From Balamuthia mandrillaris (taxonomy: Eukaryota): a stretch of DNA of 64,000 nucleotides. Of this stretch, positions 1 through 11,287 are shown one piece after another. A model generated the notes under the pieces. It did no database searches. It had not been told where the DNA came from and worked only from the letters and a program-made list of their open reading frames with translations. The position numbers and the translations under genes were made by a program. The stretch is from assembly GCA_031835245.2 (NCBI GenBank), contig JAVKOQ020000003.1, forward strand, positions 124,001 to 188,000. The letters are read 5' to 3'. Every line of letters begins with the position of its first letter. The stretch's first letter is position 1.

Positions 1-57
1 CTTGCCCTTCTTTTCCTTCTCCTTCTCCATCTCATTTTTTATCGTTCTCCATTCTTG

Positions 58-336
58 TCATTTTCCTGATCCTCCGGCCTCCTCGCCTAAAGCTGTTTGT
101 AGCGCAGTTGTCTTCCCTACACCTTTTGGTCCAGTCACCACCAAGCATTGCGGGGCCATCATTGCTGACAAGTCCGTTTTGATTCTATCAACAGCTTGCG
201 AACGAATCGACCAAGCTATAAGACGACAGACAAACGCGGAATGGAAGGCGGGGGAGAAGGCCTGCGAGTGGAGCAGTGGTTCATAGAGCAGCATCTCACG
301 AGACCGAAGCAAAAGGAGGCAGGGAGAGAGACGCAA
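58..336 (-). pseudogene. P-loop NTPase fragment (Walker A only); possibly disrupted, or part of a gene running off the left edge
   Basis: ORF reads RSQAVDRIK...CLVVTGPKGVGKTTALQTAL (beta-strand + GxxGxGKT + helix), followed by a stop about 14 codons later; no Walker B visible. Confidence 0.4.
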
Positions 337-1065
337 TTGGAGGCTTTTCGTTGCCAGTTGCCTAACCTGTCAAGCGGTATCGATGCCCTCGTGGAAGCAT
401 CTCAACATTGTGTTGTCGACCAGAACGTCCTTTCGGCAAAGCACGATGCGTACACGTATCTTACTTGAAGCCCGATGGAGTAGACCAAACCAAGCTCACA
501 TGTCACGCTATTCCCTTGTCTCTGTGGTACGATCAATGCTTAGATCAGGAATGATGCCAAAGTTTCAAACCACCAATTGAAAATCAAAAGAAAATGATAC
601 GATCTTTGATTTTTTTAAAGAAAGTTTCAAAGCACCAATCAAAAATCAAATGATAGAGGAGCGATCTATGTTTATTATGGCTGATGGTGAACCAGTTTGA
701 AGCCGTGAAATTCATAGAACGTAGAGAGAAAGGAAGCGGCGCGTTTTCAGACCCATGCGTCAAAACGGGGCGGGGCCTGGGCTGCTCTTTCTCCAGAGAA
801 CGTATTGGCCTGGAGGAGGCGAAGGAGGCAGCCCCCCCCCCCCAAGCATTCCGTCGCTGAATCAGACCCGGAATCCCCACCCAAGAAGACAAACAAGAGG
901 GAAACGCGCGTAGGCGTATCCTAAAAGCCTTCCACTTCGAAGTGGAAGCATAAGAAGAAAACCTCACCCGCCCACAACCACAACAAGTAAGTTGCTGAGT
1001 TTTGTTTTTCGGTTTGGAGTATTCGTTATTGTAAACAAAGAAGCTGCCTCTGAAGTCCATAGGGC

Positions 1066-4000
1066 ATGCGTTCACGACGAACTCTCAAGCAGGCCGCCTC
1101 GGCAAGCTCGCGGCAAACGCCTCGAGCCGCCGCAGAAGAAACTCCCCAAACGTGCGTTAAAGTGAAGGAAGAACATGACCGCTGCGACGACTACGTAGAA
1201 GATTCGGCAGAAGAAGAGGAAGTGTTGTCCGTGAAGCTCAAAAAAGAACAGAGAGAGGACGGTCGGCAAGAAGACGAAGAAGGAGAAGAAGAACGAAGAA
1301 GGCGAAAGAAGAAGAAGAAGAAGAAGAAGCACAAGAAGAAGAAGAACAAGAAGAAGCACAAGAAAGAAGAAGAACGTGTGTTTTCTTCTTCATCGAATGG
1401 AGGGGCTTCCTCGTCGCAAACAAGACAGCCAAACAATCGCAAAAGAAGCAGAAACGAGGAGGAAAAAAATGGAAAGAAGAAGGGGTCTCCTTCACGCGAC
1501 GTCAAAGCCTTATGCCCAGATGAGCATGAACCGCCACACAGCAGAAAACATGTGAGTGTACGTATCGTTCTTTTAATTCTTTTTGTTCTCTTATTAATGT
1601 TCATCTTCTTCTTTTTGTCCTTCATTTTTTCTTCTTCTATTCTGTTTTCGAACACACCTTCCTTTCAATGCACACCGTACTTGCACTGCAGAGGCAAGAA
1701 GATTCAAAGAAAGTTGCAACAGAAGAACTCTCGGCTCCTGTCTTTCAGTCTCCCTGCAAGACCCTCCAACTCTATCGCGCGCAACTGAACATCGGAAAGA
1801 GAATGCTTGAAACACTCCTCCAAATGAACACCATCAAACGCCACAAAACTTACAGCTCCATCAGAGTCATCTTCATCGGCCCTTCCTTCGTGGAACTCTC
1901 CAAGCAAACACAAAAAGATTGGAACCTATATTGGCAAACGATGGAGAATGTTCGAGGAAGAAGCTTGATCAATATAAAGAGCATTCCATTCGAGTACGGA
2001 GAAAGGGCATGTTGGAACTCAAACTCTTTGGGCAAAGCAAGTGCTTTTCATGGTTTGGTTTATTTTTCTTTTTCCCTTCATTTGTTTGGTTAAAACTCAT
2101 ATAACGAGTTCAAACACAAAACCTAACAAGCTGGACTAGGGAATAGCTCGTGCCTCAACGTGGTTATTCATGACGAATATCATTGGGGAGCAGCGCACCA
2201 GAGTAAAGTTTTTCGCTTTTTCCAAGACATTGCGAAGTCTTTAGACCAATATCCCGAAACGGACTGTGCCATCGTGGCTATATCAGCCACCGGAGAACTT
2301 TTGCTAGAACTGGAAGATCTGTCACCAACGGTTCTCAGGTGGAGGGAGTTACGCCTGGTTGACGAAGAGTTTGCTTGTCCTGTGCGCATTTTTTATTTTT
2401 CATTTCCACATCTCTACATTGTTTTCTTCTCTTTGCCACCTCCTCGACTTTCTCGTGTTTGTTCTCTTTCTTCTCTTCTCATCTGCTTTTTTTTTCCGGA
2501 AACTTATATATCAAAAGGGATATGTTTCTGTGGAACACCTTCCGATAAAGTCGGTCCGAATGCCAGAAGAAGCGGAACATAGACGACTGCAGCTGGCAGA
2601 AAATTATGCTGCCGCGTTTGCAGCTCTCCCAAAGTATACGGACAGCATCGAAGGTACTGTCCTAAAGGCAATGATAGAGGAACGCAAAATGGTGATCGTT
2701 CGTCTGCCACAAACGATGCCTGAGTTTGTGACAGATGTCCAAGAAGCTGCAAAGAGATTTCGTACGACGCTTCACTCCTCTCCACCTACGGCTCTTTTCT
2801 CATATCTTTAGTTTTGTGGCTCTGCGAAAAACACAGGAAACTTTTGTGTTGTAGACCTCACAAAAGATGGAACCCCTCTGCACGACCAACTGCCTCCTCA
2901 TTTGCAGAAGCGGTTCAACAGAGAAACAGTGTGCATTACACACCTTGAAAACGTAGCATGTTTCGTGGTTGTGGTTCACCGTTTGTCCGTTGGAATGCGC
3001 ATTCCTCGTTCCTGCGCTTTCTATGATCTTAGAGCTCGACATGCTGGCCAGAGAGATCAATGTCCCAATTACCAAAACATTTCTTATTCCAGCAGAACAA
3101 GCTTCTTTCAGGACATCGGACGATGTGCAGGGTACAGTCTCTCCTCAGTTTCTATGTAGTCTGGTCTTTTTTGTGCTTTCCATTATGTACTTGTTTTAAA
3201 CGCTTTGGCGCACCAGATACTATCAGAAAGGAGCAGTCTTACCAACAGTGCTTCTGAACCAAACTACTTATAAAAGCTTCACACAAAATAATTGGAAATA
3301 CGGAGACAGGCTCTTAACAGTAGATGGGAGGCCAAGTAAACGACACTCTCACAGATACGGTTATGATGAGGATGAAGAGATAAACGAGGAGGGAGTTTCC
3401 ATCTACGAAAGACTGTTGAAACACTTGCTTTTGCTGGATGCAGAGCCTCAGATAGGAAAGACGGGAGCGGCTTTGAGCTTTCTTGGAGCATTGGAGGAGT
3501 GGATCTTTAATAACCAGATAAAGAAGGGCTCCGTGACCAATGACGCTGGTAAAATGGAGCCATGTGGTGCCTCTCTCTCTCTCTCTTGTTTCATCTTCAT
3601 CCATGCTAAAGCTTGATTTCAGCACTTCTAAACAGATTAACAAAGGAAGCACACTTTCGTTGTGCTGGAGGCGCCCCTTGCTGGCCGACGCCAGACGATT
3701 ATGAACGGTATCACATATGTTTGGAAGAAGAACGAACGCAGAGCTGGAAGCTCTCGGATCCGACCACCTTCATCGCTCAGCAGCTATCGCAGCACAGGAA
3801 GGTGGCAGATTGTGGATGTGGCTCAGGCTTTCTCTTTCGCCAGCTTTCACAACGTACTCCCTCCCACCTTGACAACCTTTTCGTTGCAACATGCTCATGA
3901 ATGTTGTTTTACTTTTCGAATTCTTTGAAGTGAACAGCAGAACAACTGTTCATGGATACGATGTGGACCCTTCAATACTTCTGCTTGCTCAAGGACCTCC

Positions 4001-4349
4001 TAGCAGAACTCAATTTGTTCCTCATGTGGGAGACGTGTTGGAAGAGCTTCCCTCCGACACTCCCTTTTCCGCCGTGGTGTTCAGCCTCTCCTTCTTCCTG
4101 AACGACATCACGAATCACGTTCGAACGGCATGGAGTGCCCTGCGATCGGAGAGCGAAGACAACAACGCTGGAGAGCTGTTCATCGCAGATGTGGCAGTTC
4201 GCTTCCCCAAGGATTTTGTCGCCTGCGTGGAAAGCAATGGATTCACCAAATTACAGGAGCAACGCTTAGGTCAGTTTGCGGTGCTGCGATTCCAGAAGGA
4301 GGAGAAACGCGGAGAGAAGAAGCTCGTGCGCTTGTTTGACCCTGCCTGA
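1066..4349 (+). CDS. Circularly permuted SF2 helicase fused to C-terminal RRP8/NML-like SAM-dependent methyltransferase; K/E-rich N-terminus with NLS-like tracts
   Basis: Inferred in-frame GT-AG exons: 1066-1551, 1692-2052, 2131-2381, 2518-2761, 2855-3131, 3217-3548, 3623-3853, 3931-4349. Motifs in order: Ia IFIGPSFVELSKQT, II VVIHDEYHWG, III ISATG, V VVVHRLSVGMRIP, VI FFQDIGRCAG, then Walker A LLLDAEPQIGKTG. MTase: YH..ERTQSW...P, VADCGCGSG, AVVFSLSF, GELFIADVAVRF. Confidence 0.8.
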
Positions 4350-5110
4350 TAGGATATTTTTTTATATTCCACTCCGAACCGCCGGCGATCGTGATTGGTT
4401 CAAATAAATCCCTTTTATCCGTCGAAAAGGTATCATTTCTTTTATAGGTAAATACATACGTCATACTTACCTTTTATGAAATCAACGAAAACTGTTTGAG
4501 GGTTCGCTTGTCGACGCGTTTGATTGAATTAATTTACACGAAAAACCATTTAAGGGAAATTTCGTCTATTACAAAATGGTCCCCTTCTTGCGTCCGTTTT
4601 CTGTCCATTTTTCCTCCCGCGCTTTCCCTGCGTGCTCTGTTGGACAACGTTCCATGGCATCCGGTCCCCCATCGTTTGCCCGGTCGAAGGTAATATAGCC
4701 AGCACCCGTCGGCCGAAAACAGTGCATTCGTTCCGGGTTCTTTTGCGACGTTTTGCTCGAGTTTTCAGTGGTGAACAGGAAGAAAGAGCCAACCCGAAGG
4801 AAACAACACATAAGCTTTCTTCCTTCCTTCTTCGTTTTTTTTTTCTTTTAAACGAACCTTTTGAAACTCACCACTCCCTATACCACTATCGTCCCCTTGT
4901 TTCATCTCTCTCTCTCTCTCCTCTCTTTCTCTTTCTTTTTTTTTTTGTAGTTAGTTACACACCTTCCTTCACTGCTTTTTTTCGCTCCTTTCTTTTCATC
5001 TGTAACACCTCCTTTGAGCATAGGGCTCTTTTGTTTGTTTCTTCTTCATCTTTTCTCTCCACGTTTCTTTTTATTTATTTATTTTCCACATCACATCACA
5101 TCATATAACG

Positions 5111-6124
5111 ATGAGGCAGCAGCGTCACCACGTTCATCATCCTTCCTCATCCTCCTCCTCTTTTTGTATGGCCTCACGCCAAGGGCGAACCCCGTTTTTG
5201 CTCGCGATGGCCGCCTCCCTGCTGCTGCTCCTTGTGGCTGGCTCCGGTCTCACACGAGCGCAAACCGTCTCCGACTTTGGGGTGGTGGAGGAGAGTTGCG
5301 TTGCTGGTCGATCCCCCTCCGCGTGTAGCATTGGTTGGGAGGTCACCAACAACGGCAGCGAGCCTGCGCTGTTGATGTGCACCTTTCAGTTCGACGCTAT
5401 GGTTCTAAACTTCAATGGTAATGCTTCCTTCTTTCTCTCTTCTTTCTTTCTCTCTCTTTCTTCGCTTCTTTCCTGTGTCTCTTTCTCCGCTTCTTTCCTG
5501 TGTCTCTTTCTCTTCCCTCCCTTCCTTCACTTCTGTCTCCTTCGATCGTTCTTCTCCGTCTTCGCTTGCTCCTCTTCATGCAACAACGCTCTTATCCTTG
5601 CGCGATGAACAAACCACACCAACAGGACAAGATCCGGAAGGATGGAACTGCGCGGGAGCGTTGTGCACAACGACGGCGATGGTGGAAGCGGGAGCGGCAG
5701 CCCCTTCCTTCGTCAAAGGCCTATCCGTCCCTTCCGGCGCTGCCGAAGGCAACACCTCCTTCACTCTTGCATGTGGAGGTTGCTCCCCTTTCCTACCTAT
5801 TCTCTCTCGCTTATGTTCCGTTTTTGATAGCGCCATCATCACAGGACCGGTCGTCCCCGGAGATGCCCTCATCGTCCGAAACTCCTCCTTGTCCGTCACC
5901 TCCACTCCGCTCTCCTTTTCTGCCGGGCAAGCGGATGCCTCGGCCGCCATCACCCTTGAGAACGACGGACCCTCCGACGTGAACACTGTGAGATGCTCGT
6001 TCAGCATTCAACCGCAGAGAGCTGCTTCGTTTGATGACTCGAACAACGAAAACTGCCAAGAGGTTTCCAGGGCTAGTGCACAGGGATGTAGCATTGGCAA
6101 TATCGCCAATTCCGGTTCACAAGG

Positions 6125-6209
<85 letters not shown>

Positions 6210-7724
6210 TCTTTGGCTTTTTCCTCACTTTCTTTCTCATTTTTAATATATAACATCATTATAGCGTTGAACTTGGCCATTCGAGTGAACCCATCGCAAC
6301 GAGAAGACTTCACCATTCGAGTGGATGAATGCACAGCTGCTTCGGATGTTCACATTGCTCTTCCATCCTCCATCGACGTGAGCATCCTTCCTGACCTCGA
6401 CATCAACGTCACTCCCGAGTTTGTTGGTACGGTTTCTCTCTGCTGACTTCTCTTTAGACCTGCCTTATATTTACCGACCCTTCTTCATGCAAAAACACAG
6501 AGTTACCAACAGAGTTAATCGCTGGACAAGTGTTGGGATTCGCGTTCAACCTGACCAACGAGGGACAGGCTTCTTCTCTCGGCACTGCTTGCTCCATTCA
6601 ATGGGCAATCAACGACGCCGACGAAGACGATGCCCGCGACCTGTTCTCCGTTGTTCAAATCTCTTCTCCAGATGATTCCGTGGAGTGCTCTCCTTCCGGC
6701 AACGACGACAACTTCTCCGCCATCGAATGTACTGCCGACGTTGTTCCCGGCGCTTCAGCTCTGGCCTTTATCGAACTCTCCTCCAATCCGGCTCCTCGTT
6801 TCTTCGAGGGTGACGAGGATGAAGAACACGAGCTCACGTTCTTCCTCTCCTGCACTGACGAGTTGGAAAGGGAGCTCTCTCCCGTGGACCAATCGCTTAC
6901 CATGGAGCTCTTTGTGGAAGGCCTGACTCTCTCGTTCGTTCAGGTCGAAAACCCTAAAGACAAACGCCAGGATGGAGGCAGCGGTGGTGGTGGAGGCGGA
7001 AGCGGAGGAGAAGTCACGGAGACCTCCACGTTTGAGATCCGTTTGGACAACGACGGACCTTCCATCGCCAGAGAGGTCGTCTGCGAGATCCAACTGGAGC
7101 CTGCCTCCGGGGGTGCTTCCACTAGGAGCATCGCTTTCGTGGGCAACGTCCCTCCGTCCTCGGACGCCTGCTCTTACCTGGGAAGAGGCGCGCTGAGCTG
7201 CGACATGGGGGATGTCCTCCCCAAGGGAGGCAGCGGCGGCAACGTGGACAACAACGGCGGCCGAGCGGATGCCGTGAAGTCCTTCCAGCTGAACATGCCC
7301 TCCGCCGTGAGAGCGTTGGCCGTGGAGATCCGGTGCAGCACGGAGACGCCCAAAGGCTTCGAGGATAACGAGCGGTTGTTTAGAGACAACGTGAGGCTTG
7401 GCAATCCTGAACGTACGTTTCACTTTGTCTTTTGTTCGTTGTTCTTTTCCTCACATTGCTTGAATGAACACAACAGCACCCTCTCCGGATGACTCTTCTT
7501 CCAGCGATGACAGCGATACCGGCAGCAGCCCTCAGGACAAGGAGAAAAGCGGGGGCGACACCGACTTGGGCCCGATCATCGGCGGGGCCGTCGGCGGGGT
7601 GGTCTTCCTCATCTTGTTGGTGGCGATCATCGTCGCCGTCGTTCTGCTCTCCATCAAACTGGCTCCCAAGTATTTCAAGAAGAAGAAAGCCACGCAAAAG
7701 AATTGGTGGGATGATACATTGTAG
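5111..7724 (+). CDS. Type I membrane/surface protein with signal peptide and about four DUF11/Ig-like beta-sandwich repeats
   Basis: Signal peptide MAASLLLLLVAGSGLTRAQ; repeats VTNNGSEPA, ITLENDGPSD, LTNEGQAS, IRLDNDGPSIAREVVC; Ser/Asp linker; TM GPIIGGAVGGVVFLILLVAIIVAVVLL; basic tail; multi-exon; start codon (5111 or downstream) uncertain. Confidence 0.65.
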
Positions 7725-7746
7725 ATAATAACTCATACCTTTGTTT

Positions 7747-10016
7747 TTATTTCCTCTTGTTGGTGCGTTTGTGTTGTGCGTGCTGTTGTTGCAGCTGTTT
7801 CTTGAAGAAAACGGGGAGAGGAAGTTTGTTGGAGACGGCGGATTCGATTTGGCGGACGAGTGCCCCTTCTGTGTCTTCCACATAAAAGCTTGTTGCTAAA
7901 GAGAGAGAGAGAGAGAGAGAGAATGAGAATGAGACAAAAAAAAACAGAAAAAAGTAAGAAGAAAACGAACCTAATCCGGTTGAGCCGGCACGACCAGTTC
8001 TAAATAGCAATATGAAGAACAGTAAAGAAGGGAGAATGAGGAGTGGAGATTGACAAGCAAGATTCAGAGAATCAGAATAAGCAACGAGAGAGAGAGAGAG
8101 AGAGAGAGAGAAGAACAAACCTTCCGATACGATGAAGATAGTCAACCACATTATCAGCAAAGTGATACTGAATGACATGATCGACGTGAGGAAAGTCCAT
8201 GCCGCGAGCGGCGAGGTTGGTGCACACCATCACCGGCGCTGATCCAGCCTTGAATGCTGCCAAGTTCTTGTTTGCTTTATTAGCTGGTAGCGACCTATTT
8301 ATTTGTTTAAACCAAAAGTTAAAAAACAAGACCAATAGAAGAAGCAAAAGAGAAGTAGAAACGACGTTCGGAAAGTGGAGAACAAGAGTAAAGAATAGGA
8401 GGAGACACTAACCGATGAAAAGTAACATGGTCGATGCCAGCGCCGGAAAGAAGTATGCCCAGTTCGTCAACACTGTCCGCATCGTTTGCAAAGATCAGAG
8501 TGCGTTGGAACGGAGGTCGCAATAGTGGTCTCTCTTCATCTTCTGCTCCTTCTTCAAGTTCATCTTCAAACGTTTCATGTTCATCATAACCTTCTTCTTC
8601 CTCACTTTCATCTTCTTCACTGTATTCAGCTTTCTTATCGTCTCGTTCTGAGTTTGCTTCTGCTTCTTCTCCTTCGTCAGTTTGTTCTTCTTTATCTTTT
8701 TCCTCTTCTTCTGTTGCTGTTGCTTCTGTTTGTTGCATAAGTTCTGCTAAAGCTTTTTTACGTTCGTCGATAGGAATGTACGGCGGAAAGACGCACTGTG
8801 GCGCCATCAAAAAGTGAAGCAACAGCTTCGATGGCAACTCTTCTGCATTCTCATCGTCCAATGTGATCCTCACGAAACGTTGCGTTACCCTCGTTATCGT
8901 TCTGTGCATCCATGAACTCTGTACTCTTGTAATATTTGGGAAATGACGCTCCAAAAACGCGCTCAAAGATTTGGTCGTAGGCTTCGTCTCCTTCTTCTCC
9001 TTTTTGTACTTCCCTTCATCTGTTTTTGCTCCATCTTTGATCGATGGCATCGTAGCTGCCACAAATACAAAACTTCGTTCTTGAATACTTTCTTCATTTC
9101 CTTCTTCTTTTCTTTCTTTCTTTTGCAGTTGTTTTTGCTGTCGTTGAATCCGTCTTTCTTGACGACTTCCAGAGCGCAGCTCTAAAAGTAAGTCTTGAAG
9201 CTCCGCGGAGCTCTCTCCCGCAAAACTAGAGGAGAGCATCAAGTCGGCCTCATCCACGACCACTGTCCTAATGTGTCTCTTCCATTTGGGAGCAGTTTGC
9301 AATGCGTGACGAAGAGCAAACGGAGTCATTAATACTACTATCTCTCTTTCTTCATCTTTGCCTTGTTTCTTCCTTTCGTTCTCTTCGTTTTCTTCTTTTT
9401 CTGTTGCTTTCTCTTTTTCTGTTTCGTTACCTCTTCGTTGTTGAGCAGAAGAAGAGGATGACATAAGAAGAAGGTGTTGAATTTGTTGTTCCATGAGTTC
9501 TTGTTGAGATAGTTCTTGAGGTTGTTGTTGCTGTTGTAGCTGTCGCTGTTTTTGTTTCTGTTGAGCAAAGAACGAATTGACGGACGACACATTCGCCAAA
9601 ACTCTGCTGCTAAGCCGAACATTGGAAGAGAGAGATGAAGAAGAAGGTGAATGAGGAGGAATGACGCTGTTAAGCATTGTTTGAACTTGTTTGCAAAGCT
9701 CTGGATTCGGGAGAAGAATCACTGTTGTTGGATAGATGGAAGCAGAATGACGATGAAGAAGCCGTTGAATGAGAGGTAAGAGATAGGCTAGGGTTTTGCC
9801 GGATCCGGTTTCCGCGCCAACCACCACATCGCCTCCTTTTAGTATGGTCGGAATAGCCTTTTTTGTGCGATGAGTGGATTGGAAAGAGAGAAGTTATAGC
9901 GGACAGAGAAGGGAGGACGAGAGAACGAGAGAAGCAGAGAATGAGAGAAGCAGAGAATGAGAGAAGAGGCGCAGAGAAGACAGAGAAGACAGAGAAGAGA
10001 CGCAGAGATAAGAGAG

Positions 10017-10053
<37 letters not shown>

Positions 10054-10529
10054 GAGAGGGCTACCAAAGCTTGAATGAGGGAAGGGACAGTAAAGCCACA
10101 GCGTTGCTTCAACGTGCTAGCGAGCTCTTCCGAAAGGCCGACGTCCCCAAACTTCTTGTCATGCGCGTAGAAAGAGTGTTCTTGTTCTTCTTGTTGTCGC
10201 TGGCTTGGTCGTAGCTGCCTCTCGATGAACGCCGACGACGCCGCGTGCTGATCTCGTTTGAAAGGAGAATGAGAAGAAGAAGAAGAAGAAGAAGAAGAAG
10301 AAGAAGAAGAAGAAGAACAAGAAGAAAACGAAGGAGAACAAGAAGAAGAGTGTTTCGATTTGTTGTTGTGGAAGAAATGCGGTGAAAATGCAAAATTTGA
10401 TGTTTGCTGTTTGTTGGAAAGAAAAGAAGGAGGAGGTCTTGAGGTGGCAAGCAAAAAGCGGGTCCGTGGGCACAGGACACATGAGCTCGCCCGGCGATGG
10501 CAACCGCTCGCTAAGCAGGAAGAGCGCAT
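7747..10529 (-). CDS. DEAD-box RNA helicase, probably mitochondrial (DDX28/RH22-like)
   Basis: Q motif FGDVGLS..GFTVPSLIQ, AETGSGKTLAYLLP, VVVDEADLM, AATMP, TNLAARGMDFP, YLHRIGR-TGRAG; Arg/Ser-rich N-terminal transit-like peptide; several introns. Confidence 0.85.
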
Positions 10530-11287
10530 CTCTTTTCTTTTTTCCTTTCTTTGAGTGTAACATTCCGCTCATATTTCACATTGTACTCATTGTTTGCTTC
10601 ACAAAAGGAAAAATCATACGCCTTCCAAAAATTCCTCACATTCCTTCCTGATTAGGATAATTAATTAATTTCGCGGAAATTTTATTGATTGAGAACTTTT
10701 GAGGTTTCCCAATATTTCCTTTTATCAAGTTTGAGTTCCCAAATTTCCTATTTTCCTGTTCTTGCTTTTCCCATTTTTTCCTTATTTCAATATTCACGAG
10801 TTAACAAAAAAAAATAAAATAAAAAGAAGAAGTAACGAAGACACATTTTTTTTTATTTCTTTCTTTCGAAAGTGGTTCCCTCCCTTCCTCCCCTTCCTCC
10901 CCTCCAACTCTTCATTCACCGGAGAGAAGCTTTGCAAGTACGTACGCACAACACACTTCTTTCTTTCTTTGTTGTGTGGTTTATTTATTTTTTTTTTCGA
11001 TTTCATCTTATTTTATTTTTTTGTGGTTCGATTGATTTCATTTTTTTAAATCCTCCCACCGTCCACCCACCCACCCACCCACCGTGGCGCTCTTGACTTT
11101 TGTTCTTTCTGACATTTAAATAATCAAAATCCAATCAAAGCCACCACCCACCACGCTCACATACAGTCCCTTAGACAGGTTTTCCTGAACCGAAAGAGAA
11201 AGAAAGAAAGCAAACGAAACTGGCCCACCACACCTCGAAGAGAATAATCAACAAACGACTGCTCCATCCCCTTTTCCTAAGAAAGAG

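Noticed and set aside
4463..4472. ATACTTACCT, identical to the U1 snRNA 5' end
   Set aside because: Followed by AT-rich sequence with no U1 stem-loops or Sm site; equally the reverse complement of a 5' splice consensus
7795..7885. Possible extra 3' exon of the surface protein on the + strand
   Set aside because: The same bases form the terminal exon of the minus-strand helicase, and the + gene already has a stop at 7722-7724
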